Made by a program: the position numbers and the translations under genes | Notes under the pieces: generated by a model | Told to the model about the DNA's origin: nothing | Seen by the model: the letters and a program-made list of their open reading frames with translations, nothing else | Database searches by the model: none | Virus record (IMG/VR): IMGVR_UViG_3300014039_000013 | Span: 96,404-160,403 of that record | Reading direction: 5' to 3' (one strand) | DNA from: a virus | Lineage: Duplodnaviria > Caudoviricetes | DNA: 64,000 nt | Shown here: one piece after another, positions 1-10,238 of the stretch | Position numbering within the stretch: the first letter of the stretch is position 1 | Layout: every line of letters starts with the position of its first letter

Positions 1-126
1 TAACCGTGTTTCTATAAAAATTTTTATTTATCTTTTATTTTCTATTTTTAGAGGTTAAAACAGATGACATTGGATTGGCACTACTATCAGCAGGTAATAA
101 TGATAACCTCATCTAAGCTTTAGGAA

Positions 127-717
127 TTATTTGCATAACTTAACAATAGTATTATAATGAATATCAACTATAGTTTGTTTACCTTTTTCTGAAAGAAGAA
201 AGTCTACATCTTCTTTATTATCTTGAAAAAGATTTTCTGTAAGAACAGCAGGACATTTAGTGTCTCTACACATTGCTAAATTTTGTACCCAATAATGTTC
301 TTTTGGAATTGATCTATTACCTTGTTGATTTAATTTTAAAGCTTCGTCATAAAGAGTTTTAGCAAGTAATTTAGAATTATTTGAAGCGTTTAATGATACA
401 AATACAGACCATCCTTTAGCAGAATGCCATTTACCATCGCCACCAGCAGCATTACAATGTACTGATATTGAAATTGCATTTTTATTATTTTTTAGATATT
501 CAGAATTTATTCTTCTACATCTTTCTTTTAAAGATATATCAGTAGCTTCTGGTGTAACTATAAATACTTTGTATCCATTATCTATCAATTTCTTAGATAA
601 TAACTATACTATTTCTCTAGCATAACTATATTCTTTAAGTTTTTTATCAGGAGAACACTTTCCAGGAGTATTTACTCCATGTCCATTATCAAGACAGATT
701 AAAGTTTGTTTATTCAT
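127..717 (-). CDS. N-acetylmuramoyl-L-alanine amidase (Amidase_3) endolysin, 196 aa, one in-frame TAG (604-606)
   Basis: TAG read-through extends the 153-aa ORF to MNKQTLICLDNGHG...KE, restoring the N-terminal Zn ligands; SVHCNA and VLTENLF motifs downstream. Confidence 0.9.
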
Positions 718-1076
718 AGTAGTATTAGATAAATATTAATTAATAAAACAAATGTATTATATCTGATATTTTGCTTAAAAATAAAAATAGAGCGTTTGTA
801 TTTTTTACTCTCTATTATACAAACGCTCTAAATGTTAAATATCGATATTCCTTTACTGCTATAGGTCACAGTACTACCACTAATAATTTCTTATTGAATA
901 TCAGCTAAAAAGTCACATGGTTTGTAGATATCCATTAACTAGAGTAAAAATTATGATTCTTTTTGTTTCTTTTTTGTTTTTTGTTTAGTTGGTTGATAAG
1001 AATCTTCATCATACCAACTTAAATCATTAATATCAACTTTCATAATTTAATTTATAAAATTAATAAACAATATTTG

Positions 1077-1149
1077 TCTAAGTGACAGGACTCGAACCTG
1101 CACTATCTTGCTCCCAAAGCAAGGCTCTTACCGATTAGAGTACACTTAG
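1077..1149 (-). tRNA. trnP: tRNA-Pro(TGG)
   Basis: Acceptor CTAAGTG/CACTTAG, anticodon loop TTTGGGA, T-loop TTCGAGT. Confidence 0.9.
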
Positions 1150-1150
1150 A

Positions 1151-1411
1151 TTATTTATCTTGATTATTTTCATATCTTTCTGACCAAGCTTTGGTAATAC
1201 CAGCTGAAGTAAATATTGCTGCTACTGCTGCAATATAAGCTGCAATACCATCTAAATTAGTAGCAATAGTATGATTGTAAATTACTTCAACAATTAATAT
1301 AATTGCAGGTATAATAAGTAAAATACAACCTATAATAGTTACTATTACTAAAAAGAAGTTTTTTGAGCTAACTCCTGTATTATTTTTAATTAATTTTCCT
1401 ATATAACACAT
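1151..1411 (-). CDS. Two-TM holin-like membrane protein between tRNA genes
   Basis: 86 aa, two hydrophobic helices, charged C-tail, upstream of amidase on same strand. Confidence 0.55.
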   Translation of the reverse strand: MCYIGKLIKNNTGVSSKNFFLVIVTIIGCILLIIPAIILIVEVIYNHTIATNLDGIAAYIAAVAAIFTSAGITKAWSERYENNQDK

Positions 1412-1413
1412 AG

Positions 1414-1486
1414 TGATTTATTTGGGACTCGAACCCAAGACTCTCACATTAAAAGTGTGATACTCTACCAACTGAGTTAATAAATC
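1414..1486 (-). tRNA. trnK: tRNA-Lys(TTT)
   Basis: Anticodon arm TCACA-CTTTTAA-TGTGA, canonical D and T arms. Confidence 0.92.
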
Positions 1487-1576
1487 AAAGGAGTTTATCT
1501 ACTCAGATTATAACTGAGATAGATATTTTAGAAGATTATTATTCTATTTGCTAGATTATAGAAAATTAAAATATTG

Positions 1577-1648
1577 TTGGGACACCAAGAATTGAACTTG
1601 GATTACCTGGACCAAAATCAGGTGTAATAACCGTTATACTATGTCCCA
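1577..1648 (-). tRNA. trnQ: tRNA-Gln(TTG)
   Basis: Acceptor TGGGACA/TGTCCCA, loop TTTTGGT, T-loop TTCAATT. Confidence 0.88.
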
Positions 1649-1689
1649 ATAACTAGTTTAAAAGATTAAATTTATATAACTTACTATTG

Positions 1690-1775
1690 TAGCTTCAGTG
1701 GGACTCGAACCCACAAGAACATTTCTGTTCAGGGGATTTTAAGTCCCCCGAGTTTACCTATTTCTCCATGAAGCC
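1690..1775 (-). tRNA. trnL: tRNA-Leu(TAA)
   Basis: GGGGA-CTTAAAA-TCCCC anticodon arm, long variable arm, T-loop TTCGAGT. Confidence 0.92.
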
Positions 1776-1997
1776 AATTTTATTAGATCATATATTATAA
1801 ATATATGAAAAATATTTTAAAATTACAAATTACTATATAATTCATCTAAAAATTCATAATAATCATCTAAAAAATCATCTTTTTCTTTTGTATTTAAACT
1901 ATTAAATTCTTCTATAATCATATTTTATATTTTATTAAAACTTAAAACCTGTAAGTTTACAGGTTTTAAGTTTATTGTGGATAATATATTCTAAATA

Positions 1998-2246
1998 TCA
2001 AAAATATAATATAGCATTATCTTCTTTAATTAAAGAGCATATTCCATATTCTTCAATTAATTTTTTAGAAGATACCATTAATGCCATATTTAATAATTGA
2101 GGATTAGAAATTATTAAATTTAATAATGCATTTAATTTATCTTTATATTTAGTAGTTTTAATATACTTTGAAATTATTTCTAAAGCAAATTCTTGTGAAC
2201 ATTTATTAGTATTCAGAAAATTGATTAAATCTTTTTTGTTTATCAT
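1998..2246 (-). CDS. Hypothetical protein
   Basis: ORF track; tightly packed leftward operon. Confidence 0.6.
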   Translation of the reverse strand: MINKKDLINFLNTNKCSQEFALEIISKYIKTTKYKDKLNALLNLIISNPQLLNMALMVSSKKLIEEYGICSLIKEDNAILYF

Positions 2247-2604
2247 ATAATATATTTACATATTCATATTGTTCTTTAATTTTTCTTTTTAAAAAAGACA
2301 TAGTATTTTCTATTATAAAAAATAATCTAATTTTATTAATATTATTTATTTCGCTTTTAATATTTCTTTTTAATAAATTAAAATAATTAGAATTATTATA
2401 TAATTTTTTATATAATTGTAATTCACAATCAGCTCGAAGTAATTCTTTATTACATGATTTAAGATCATAATAATATAATTCTAAAACTGTTGTTTTTCCA
2501 ATTACATTTCCAAACAATTTTGGAGTATATGTATATTGTGCAACTACATGATTATCGTTAGTAATCATAATTTTATAATCCATTGAAAACTTAATTCTCT
2601 CCAT
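2206..2604 (-). CDS. Hypothetical protein
   Basis: ORF track; overlaps both neighbours in operon. Confidence 0.65.
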   Translation of the reverse strand: MERIKFSMDYKIMITNDNHVVAQYTYTPKLFGNVIGKTTVLELYYYDLKSCNKELLRADCELQLYKKLYNNSNYFNLLKRNIKSEINNINKIRLFFIIENTMSFLKRKIKEQYEYVNILYDKQKRFNQFSEY

Positions 2605-3028
2605 ATTTATTTCTAATTAATTTATGAATATAATTTTCTTGATGTTTAATCATTGCATCAGCAAATTGAATTGTATTAAGATATATAGGCAACACTTTTA
2701 AATAATATGTCATATCAATAAAATCCAAATTAGAATTTATATTATTAGATATACAATTAATAGCATATTTCTTTAATTCATAATATGTATTATATTCTGC
2801 TTTTGCTCTAGCAAGTTTTTCTCCAAATTTAGAATCAAATTCAAGATCGCTATTAATAGCTATACCTTGGGACACAATATGCTTTAATGGTTTGTTTTTA
2901 GTTCTAAAGTTTATTGAAATCTTACACAATATTCCGCCAGCACTTTGATCACAAATATAATCAATTTTATTTACTGTAGCAACAATTCTTTCGTTTCTAT
3001 TAATCTTTTTCATAATTATTTTTGCCAT
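2591..3028 (-). CDS. Hypothetical phage protein
   Basis: ORF track; EFDSKFGEKLARAKAE resembles a motif common in small phage proteins. Confidence 0.7.
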   Translation of the reverse strand: MAKIIMKKINRNERIVATVNKIDYICDQSAGGILCKISINFRTKNKPLKHIVSQGIAINSDLEFDSKFGEKLARAKAEYNTYYELKKYAINCISNNINSNLDFIDMTYYLKVLPIYLNTIQFADAMIKHQENYIHKLIRNKYGEN

Positions 3029-3306
3029 AAAAAATTATTATAAATATTAATTAATTTAGTAATTTGATTTTTGAAAATACCAGTATAATAATACTTAACA
3101 TAATAATTTTTTGTTATTACCCCTAATATTGTACATATACCTGCACAAATATTAATATATGGTAATATTAGCATTACTATAAATGGTATAAGATGATAAA
3201 TAGTTATATTGTGAATTTTATTATTTCCGTCTTTAAAATATAAATGTTCAGCTATATATAATGCTATTAAAAATAATATTAAAGCAAACAAATAGGTATA
3301 AATCAT
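3016..3306 (-). CDS. Small membrane protein, paralog of 10239-10532
   Basis: Hydrophobic; shares ALYxAEHLY, PxIN and YNNFLW with the 10.2-kb gene. Confidence 0.75.
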   Translation of the reverse strand: MIYTYLFALILFLIALYIAEHLYFKDGNNKIHNITIYHLIPFIVMLILPYINICAGICTILGVITKNYYVKYYYTGIFKNQITKLINIYNNFLWQK

Positions 3307-3310
3307 AATA

Positions 3311-3493
3311 TTAATTATTTGAACTTATATAAATTGTAGCAATAATAAAAAATATTATTGTTAACCACCCAGCAAATGTAGTAAATAATGCCATAAATAT
3401 ACAATAAATAACATGTATTAATGCTGGTATTCCAAAGAAAATTAATAGAATAAATAGAAATATAAAAAATATAGCAAAAACTATTTTATCCAT
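3311..3493 (-). CDS. Small membrane protein
   Basis: 60 aa, almost entirely hydrophobic. Confidence 0.6.
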   Translation of the reverse strand: MDKIVFAIFFIFLFILLIFFGIPALIHVIYCIFMALFTTFAGWLTIIFFIIATIYISSNN

Positions 3494-3495
3494 AA

Positions 3496-3861
3496 TTAAA
3501 TTTCTTTAAAGATTGCATAACCATTATTCTTTAATAATTTAATTGCTTCTTGTATTGGATCTTTTTTAATTTTATATTTATTATTGTTATTTTTAATTAT
3601 TTGTTGATAATTTAAAACAATTTGTTTAATTTTTTCCCAATATACAGATTTATTTTTAAATTCATAAGTGTTCTTATGTACTCTTAAAATAATTTTGTAT
3701 TCTATAAATAATTTAAAAAATAAATCTGTAGAAGGAAATTCTGATAATTTTAACAAATTAAGAATTTTATCTTTAGAAAACAACTCGTTTTCTTGCTGAA
3801 AAATATAAAGTTGTGATGTAAGATTTTTATATTCCAACTCAGAATAATTAAGTCTTCTCAT
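3496..3861 (-). CDS. Hypothetical protein
   Basis: ORF track. Confidence 0.65.
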   Translation of the reverse strand: MRRLNYSELEYKNLTSQLYIFQQENELFSKDKILNLLKLSEFPSTDLFFKLFIEYKIILRVHKNTYEFKNKSVYWEKIKQIVLNYQQIIKNNNNKYKIKKDPIQEAIKLLKNNGYAIFKEI

Positions 3862-4034
3862 AATCTAATTACTTTTTTAATATTTTGATTAAAAAGTACA
3901 AAAAAGGAAATGTTATCATAATCCAAGAATTTATCGCCATTTGGCACATATAATTTTTCGCCAGATTCAGAATATAATAACATTCCTTTTTTCTTACCTT
4001 TAAATACTTGAATGCCTGATTCAGACATATTAAT

Positions 4035-5264
4035 TTAAATATTTAAATCATTAAACATTCTATCTTCCATCCAAACTTCTGCACCAATATAATCTCCATT
4101 ACTATGTTGATTAAGAGTTAAACAATAAAGCTTTTCTATACCTACACATAATTCATTTCTTAATCCTTCTGGATAACATTTATTTATAATATTAGATAAT
4201 GTTATTTCTTCATTTTCTGAATAATACTTTTCAGAATATTCTAATATTGCATTAAATATATATAGCCAAAGAAGAATCTTTTTAAAATTATATGTAGGTC
4301 TTAGAAATCTAAATTCAATAGTTTTATTAACATTATAACATAAAGCATTAATAAAGTTAACAAAATAATATCGAGTAATTACATTCCACTTTCTTTTACG
4401 TTCTATATCGTTAGGATGAGCTTGTGTAAAATCACCATAAAAAGGTCTTCCTACTAACTGCTGATACATTTTATCAAAGCTAGTATAAAATGGAAGTTTT
4501 TTACAATAATCTTTTTTATTATTTTTATATTCCGAACTATAAAACGTAAGACTTGGAAGAATTCTTGTTAATTCACTTTGCAGTATATAACAAGTTTTAT
4601 AAAGATTATAGATTTTATCTGATTTTAATGGGTAACCTCCTAAATGAACATGTAAAGAACATTCTTTATTAAAATCAGTATATTCTTTAAGAGTTCCTAA
4701 TTGTTGATAAAGAAGAGCTATTCCATTATTACCCTCTAATACTACAGTTGAATATTCTGGAGCTGATATAGATCCATCTCGAAGAGGAATCAATCCATCT
4801 TGGAAACATATATCTTCAGGAACATAACCTTGTGAAGTTTCAAATTCTAAACCAAATGTATATTTTAGATAATTCGATAACTTATAATGAGTTGTATTAT
4901 TTTTAATAATTTGTTTGTTTTTAAATATATTAAAATTTTCTATAGCTTCATAATGTTTTTCTATTACATAAGGAAATTCTTCTTGTCCCTTAATAAGTTG
5001 TTCTCTTCTACAACTTAATGGAGTCATACAACAAGGTGGAAAATACATTCCTCTACATTTACTGAAAACTAATTTCTCTTTAAATATTTTAGGATTAGTT
5101 AAAAATGTTTTTACACAATCGTCAATAATAATAAACATTTTAACTAGTCCTTCAAAGGAATTAGTATATCCATAAATAACTTGTCCAAAGATATAATCTA
5201 CAACAATTTTTACAGATCCTCTTTGAGGTATCCAATATTTATTTACTTCATCAAAGACTTGCAT
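4035..5264 (-). CDS. Putative amidoligase (Amidoligase_2, COOH-NH2 ligase superfamily)
   Basis: Motifs FGLEFET, DGSI, EYST, CSLHVH, RY, TIEFR. Confidence 0.8.
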   Translation of the reverse strand: MQVFDEVNKYWIPQRGSVKIVVDYIFGQVIYGYTNSFEGLVKMFIIIDDCVKTFLTNPKIFKEKLVFSKCRGMYFPPCCMTPLSCRREQLIKGQEEFPYVIEKHYEAIENFNIFKNKQIIKNNTTHYKLSNYLKYTFGLEFETSQGYVPEDICFQDGLIPLRDGSISAPEYSTVVLEGNNGIALLYQQLGTLKEYTDFNKECSLHVHLGGYPLKSDKIYNLYKTCYILQSELTRILPSLTFYSSEYKNNKKDYCKKLPFYTSFDKMYQQLVGRPFYGDFTQAHPNDIERKRKWNVITRYYFVNFINALCYNVNKTIEFRFLRPTYNFKKILLWLYIFNAILEYSEKYYSENEEITLSNIINKCYPEGLRNELCVGIEKLYCLTLNQHSNGDYIGAEVWMEDRMFNDLNI

Positions 5265-6568
5265 TTTTCTTTAATTTCTTTAAATGTTTCATCTAAAGTA
5301 TCATTCAATATTTCAAATGCTTGTCTACAACTTCTTCCATATTTAGTAATAGTTTTAAATCCATTAATAAATTCAATAGAAGTTGTTGCAGTTAGCATTT
5401 TAAGAGTTCCTGTAAACGGCTCTTTTTCAGTTGGAGACAAAGCTTTAAACCACTGTTCTCCTTCTGAGAAAACTTGATCACAACTTAAATATCTTATAAG
5501 AAGTTTAAATTTAGAATTAAATATATCATTTGTTAATCCTGTTTGCTTTTTTAGAGCATACAAAAATTTAAAACATGAAGAATTTCTAAGAGCAATCCCA
5601 TTCCAAAAATATATTTCTTTACAGTCAGAAGTTTTACAAGGTTTATCAACTATTCTTCCAAATTCTGTAATAATATATTTACCAGATAAAAGACTACCTT
5701 TACCAGAATAAGTATTATTTAATTGATTAAGTAATATATAATCATCATAAACAAAATTATTATAATTAAAATCATCATAAAAATATTTACTATATGATGC
5801 TATAGGCCTTTCTTTATGTTGATATACATCGTCTCTAGGAAATTCTTTTATAGGAACTATGTCTTTTCCATCAAATTTAAGTAAAATATTAGAATTTATG
5901 TCCCATGTTATTAATCCAGGTCTAAGAGCCATTAAATATGAACATATAGACGAAAATACTAATTCTTCTTTATCAACATCTATACAAAAATACAAAGGAC
6001 GTTCTTCAGTTTTATCTTTACTATATTTATCTTTCTTAGATGCCCCCTTAAAAAGAAGAATTTCTGGAGTTTTCTTTCTATAATCAGCTATAGCGAATAC
6101 AGCTCCTCCATTATATTCATTTAACGAATCATATCCTGTATAATAGAATATTCTAGCCATAACTTGGGAATCAGTCATTCCTTTAATATTTATTTCAGGA
6201 ATATATTTTTTGGCTAATTCTTCATAATTATGAATAGTTCCATTATGCATTAGCACATATTCTATTTTACCTTGTTTATTAGTAATTACAACAGGTTGAG
6301 CAGTAGTTTCATCAATTTTCCCAACAGATGCCTTTCTACAATGCCCAAAAGCTATAGTACTTTCAAAACACGTTTTTAGAAATTCATTTTCTGGAAAGAA
6401 ACATTGAAACCATTTTTTATCACCTTTTGATCCATACTCGTAGTGACCATCTATGAAATAGCCACAAGAGTCACCGCCTCTACTATCATTGGCAATTCCT
6501 AAAGTACAAAAGGTTGTAAAATCGAATCTTCTGGGCTTTGTATTAACTATGCCCCAAATACCACACAT
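5243..6568 (-). CDS. Class II (Ntn) glutamine amidotransferase
   Basis: N-terminal MCGIWG; RGGDSCG, GHCRKAS, HNGTI, TDSQ. Confidence 0.88.
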   Translation of the reverse strand: MCGIWGIVNTKPRRFDFTTFCTLGIANDSRGGDSCGYFIDGHYEYGSKGDKKWFQCFFPENEFLKTCFESTIAFGHCRKASVGKIDETTAQPVVITNKQGKIEYVLMHNGTIHNYEELAKKYIPEINIKGMTDSQVMARIFYYTGYDSLNEYNGGAVFAIADYRKKTPEILLFKGASKKDKYSKDKTEERPLYFCIDVDKEELVFSSICSYLMALRPGLITWDINSNILLKFDGKDIVPIKEFPRDDVYQHKERPIASYSKYFYDDFNYNNFVYDDYILLNQLNNTYSGKGSLLSGKYIITEFGRIVDKPCKTSDCKEIYFWNGIALRNSSCFKFLYALKKQTGLTNDIFNSKFKLLIRYLSCDQVFSEGEQWFKALSPTEKEPFTGTLKMLTATTSIEFINGFKTITKYGRSCRQAFEILNDTLDETFKEIKEKCKSLMK

Positions 6569-6569
6569 C

Positions 6570-7361
6570 TTAAACTAAATTATAATTTTTAATTAATTGC
6601 TTTGCTAAATCAGAATCACTATTATTAATAGCTGCTTGAATTTCTTCATTATTAGGTATGAGTTCTCCAGTTTTATAAGCGTTAACAGCTTTTATAATTT
6701 GATCCCAAACAAATTCAAGTCTTGCTTCTGTTTTCATCATAGCAGAACTTAATGTTCTGTATTCAAATCCATAATTCTTTAATCTAAAGCAACCTGCTTT
6801 ACCATAAAGAGTACGTCTTTTAGTATCTTTATCTTTTATGACAGATGGAATACCTAAATATGCATCAAAATACTTTATTAAAGATAATGAAGTATCTATA
6901 TTAGGATTTTTATATCCAAAATGAATGTGAAATCCACAACTTCTGATATTAGTTTTAGTTCCTTCTGGTTTTGGATTAGCTTTTTGAGTATAAACATTAT
7001 AATCCTTATCGCAACCAAACTGTTTAGCTTGATCAGATTGCAATTCTGACTCTGGGATTATATTTGAAGCAGCACATTTAATACCTAAATCAGGATTAAT
7101 ATTTCTTACATAGTTATCAATATAATTTTTCATATATTGAATAGCATCAACAAATTCTTCTTTTGTTGTTACTGGAGGAATATTAAATTCTGCAAGAATA
7201 TTATCTGTTTGCAAACCAAATCCCTTAGCAAAATCTTCAGCTCTCCAAGGATTATCTTTAGATCCTGGAATTAAACCAACAGCTGAAACTATTTTATTAG
7301 TTTTCTTATTAATAATAAATAATTCTGGATCTGCACCAATAGTAATATTACTTAATCTCAT
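6570..7361 (-). CDS. phiEco32-like COOH-NH2 ligase type 2
   Basis: GADPELF, DNILAEFN, FGCDKD, GFHIHFG, RRTLYGKAG, EYRTLS. Confidence 0.88.
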   Translation of the reverse strand: MRLSNITIGADPELFIINKKTNKIVSAVGLIPGSKDNPWRAEDFAKGFGLQTDNILAEFNIPPVTTKEEFVDAIQYMKNYIDNYVRNINPDLGIKCAASNIIPESELQSDQAKQFGCDKDYNVYTQKANPKPEGTKTNIRSCGFHIHFGYKNPNIDTSLSLIKYFDAYLGIPSVIKDKDTKRRTLYGKAGCFRLKNYGFEYRTLSSAMMKTEARLEFVWDQIIKAVNAYKTGELIPNNEEIQAAINNSDSDLAKQLIKNYNLV

Positions 7362-7977
7362 TTACTAAATCTTTAATAAGGTTATTAATCATTTCAGCAA
7401 CAGGGGAATCAGGAATCATTTCTGGATGTCCTTGTACAGCTAAACATTTAGGTAATTCTTCTCTGTGATAAAGAACAATTTCAGGTTCTCTATAGGCGAT
7501 AGTATCAGGATTTATTTTATCTCCTTCATAATAGTCACTACGTATACCGTAAGAAGTATATAATATATCATAATCTTTATCATTTAAGTCAAATGGATAT
7601 TGCATTTGATGATGAGTAGAAGTTATTTGATATACTTTATCTCCATTACTTATAGCATGTGTATAGCCTATTGCGTGATTAGACACATTTTGAACAAGTT
7701 TACCACCATTCATTACACATAACCATTGACTTCCTCTGCAAGATCCATAACAAACCTGCTTTTTGGGATCAATTTTATCGAAGATATCTTTTTCTTCTTG
7801 ATCTCGGCTAAGGCAATTAAAAGTTGTTCTATGTTTTTTACAACCATAAAAAGAAGGAGTGACATCTTCTCCACCTGTAAACACAACTAATTGTGCATCT
7901 TGAAGACGATTAACTATCTCTACATCTTTAATGAAGTTTACATAATTTGTATCTCCGCCTACAACATATACTTTCAT
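7348..7977 (-). CDS. Class I glutamine amidotransferase / peptidase C26-like
   Basis: TGGEDV, CRGSQ nucleophile elbow, STHHQ, QGHPE. Confidence 0.88.
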   Translation of the reverse strand: MKVYVVGGDTNYVNFIKDVEIVNRLQDAQLVVFTGGEDVTPSFYGCKKHRTTFNCLSRDQEEKDIFDKIDPKKQVCYGSCRGSQWLCVMNGGKLVQNVSNHAIGYTHAISNGDKVYQITSTHHQMQYPFDLNDKDYDILYTSYGIRSDYYEGDKINPDTIAYREPEIVLYHREELPKCLAVQGHPEMIPDSPVAEMINNLIKDLVNEIK

Positions 7978-8741
7978 TTCTTTAATTCTTTATATACATT
8001 TAAATAAACAGGTTTTCTATACTTATCATAAATATCCTGACTTTCCCAATATTCTATATCTGTTTGTTGTAATTCATCAATAGTATCAGGAATATAATCT
8101 ATGCTATTATTTTTAAGATATTTATAAAGTTCATTAAGTTTAGTAATTTGGGTTAACTTATTTTTTAATTCTTTAGTTTTTAAAGATTGGGGAATTGATG
8201 AAACTTTAGGTACTTGATGAATAGAACGTAAATCTTCGTAATCACAACAACTTAAAACAAGATTAAATAAATTAGCAATAGATGTAAATTTAAATTGTTT
8301 TTCTTGTTTTAGTCTATAAGTATCAACTAATAGAACATTATAAGGATATTCATAAGTATATCTTAGCCAAGTAAGTAAATATTTATGAAATGTTCCTGGA
8401 ACATCATTTAATTGTAAATTAACTTCAAAAACACTCCAATTACCATTTTCATTATAATATTCATTATTTTCTTCTATTTTAAAAGTAAAAGGATAAATAC
8501 GTTGAGCTTGACGAAGATGGTTTTCTAGTTGGTTTTTAGTTAATAAACAATAATTAGACTCATGATAGTCGTGAATTAATGTAATATCTTTATAAAGAAT
8601 TATACGATAATTAATACTAATTTTAGCTTGATTAACATGATTAAAAATATATCCAAAACAAGCACAATTTAACATTTCTTGATTTAATTTACCATTACAT
8701 GAATACTCTGTATGATAATCTAAATAACAAAAATCTTGCAT
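7974..8741 (-). CDS. Hypothetical protein, first gene of amidoligase operon
   Basis: ORF track; likely start MQDFC at 8741; overlaps the GATase start. Confidence 0.7.
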   Translation of the reverse strand: MQDFCYLDYHTEYSCNGKLNQEMLNCACFGYIFNHVNQAKISINYRIILYKDITLIHDYHESNYCLLTKNQLENHLRQAQRIYPFTFKIEENNEYYNENGNWSVFEVNLQLNDVPGTFHKYLLTWLRYTYEYPYNVLLVDTYRLKQEKQFKFTSIANLFNLVLSCCDYEDLRSIHQVPKVSSIPQSLKTKELKNKLTQITKLNELYKYLKNNSIDYIPDTIDELQQTDIEYWESQDIYDKYRKPVYLNVYKELKK

Positions 8742-8781
8742 AACAAAAAAAAAGGAGAGCAATATGCTCTCCTTTATTTAA

Positions 8782-9051
8782 TTAAAATGTAATTTGTTCA
8801 ATTTTCACTGGTGTTGTAATGCTAGAGAATTTTGCAAATGGGAATGCATCTTCACGGAAAGAAGTTTCAATTACCCAAAGTTCATTCCCTTTAGTTGTTG
8901 TAATACATGTTCCTTCTTTAGCATTAAAAAGAGGACTATTTTCATTAACGAGGCAACGATAATAGCAATTGTTGTCTTCTGCCCAAATAACTACTTGGGG
9001 AAATGAATAAACTTCAACAGGATTCTTTGTGTACAAAATAGTCTTAATCAT
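8782..9051 (-). CDS. Hypothetical protein
   Basis: ORF track; followed by hairpin 8751-8775 plus T-run on the minus strand. Confidence 0.7.
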   Translation of the reverse strand: MIKTILYTKNPVEVYSFPQVVIWAEDNNCYYRCLVNENSPLFNAKEGTCITTTKGNELWVIETSFREDAFPFAKFSSITTPVKIEQITF

Positions 9052-9161
9052 TTGTATAAATTTTAAAAAGTTAATAAATATAAAAATAGTCGATATAAAT
9101 ATCGACTATAAATTCATAATATATTATTTTAATCAGCTTTATAAATTAATAAGATAAATTT

Positions 9162-9371
9162 TTATTTTTTAATTAATTTATATGCAACTTTAATAAATTC
9201 ATTAATTTGGTTATCATCATAAAAACAATCTATGTTATAATCGAATTGAACTTTCCTAGCTACATGATATGTAAAGTTTATATAATTGAATACTTTCTGA
9301 CCTTTTCTCCATCTATCTGGAAGAGATTTAATATTATTAAATATCTCTTTTTTAAATTCTTCTAAAGTCAT
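9162..9371 (-). CDS. Hypothetical phage protein
   Basis: ORF track; RKGQKVFN...DCFYDD resembles small conserved phage proteins. Confidence 0.7.
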   Translation of the reverse strand: MTLEEFKKEIFNNIKSLPDRWRKGQKVFNYINFTYHVARKVQFDYNIDCFYDDNQINEFIKVAYKLIKK

Positions 9372-9410
9372 ATATTACTTATTTTTATTTAATTATTTTA
9401 ATTTAACATT

Positions 9411-9456
9411 TAGTTGATGTATAAAGAATCGAACTTTATTTATGACCATCACATCA
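9411..9456 (-). ncRNA. Armless tRNA-like element (acceptor stem + T arm only)
   Basis: TGATGTG/TACATCA 7-bp stem, TAAAG-TTCGATT-CTTTA T arm, 11-nt linker containing TGG. Confidence 0.55.
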
Positions 9457-9911
9457 AAGATATTCTCAATTTGAGAATATCCATAAAATTAATCTTACTT
9501 TCTAATAGGAATCATACAACTAGGTGTTAATAATGTAGATTCGCTAATACGTTTAAAACATTTTTTAATTGTTCTTTTAATTATTCGCATAATTATTTTA
9601 ATTAATTAGTTAATAATTGTTTATCTTCTTTAGGTATCCGTATTTATATAATTCTGAATACTTTTTAAAATACCATTTAATTGATCTTTTTACTAATTTA
9701 ATCATAATAAATAATTTTAATTAATATTACCAATTTATCTATATAATATTAAAAGTATTGTGTTTGCTGAAAACTAATAAAAGCCACTAGTTTAAGGATA
9801 ACATAGAAACCTGAGAATAAAAATAAGCTACAAAAACTCAACTCGAGAAACATCACTTATGTGTTTTTTAACCTTTTATTGTCTAGACTTCTTATAAAAG
9901 GAATTATTTAG

Positions 9912-9985
9912 TGGACCAGTCAGGATTTGAACCCGAAACCTTAACATTATGAGTGTTCTGCTCTAACCACTTGAGCTACAAGTCC
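9912..9985 (-). tRNA. tRNA with CAT anticodon (Met or Ile2)
   Basis: AACA-CTCATAA-TGTT anticodon arm, canonical D and T arms. Confidence 0.88.
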
Positions 9986-10042
9986 TAATAAGCACACTGA
10001 AAAGTGTGCGTGCTCTAGTATATTCCACCTAGAGGGGTTAAA

Positions 10043-10201
10043 TTAATTTGCACATATGGTAGTATCAATTACTACACTGTCAACTGAATCAGAGTCTACT
10101 TGAACAGAATCTGTAGAAACTTTATCAGACTTTACAGAATGACCACATGAAGTAAATATTGTTCCTATCATAAGTACAAATACAAAAACTAACTTTTTCA
10201 T
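10043..10201 (-). CDS. 52-aa lipoprotein with repeated D-S/T motifs
   Basis: MKKLVFVFVLMIGTIFTSC lipobox then DSV/DSV/DSV/DTT; below the ORF-track cutoff. Confidence 0.75.
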   Translation of the reverse strand: MKKLVFVFVLMIGTIFTSCGHSVKSDKVSTDSVQVDSDSVDSVVIDTTICAN

Positions 10202-10238
10202 TTGAATAAAATTTAGTTAAACATATAAATTATCTACG

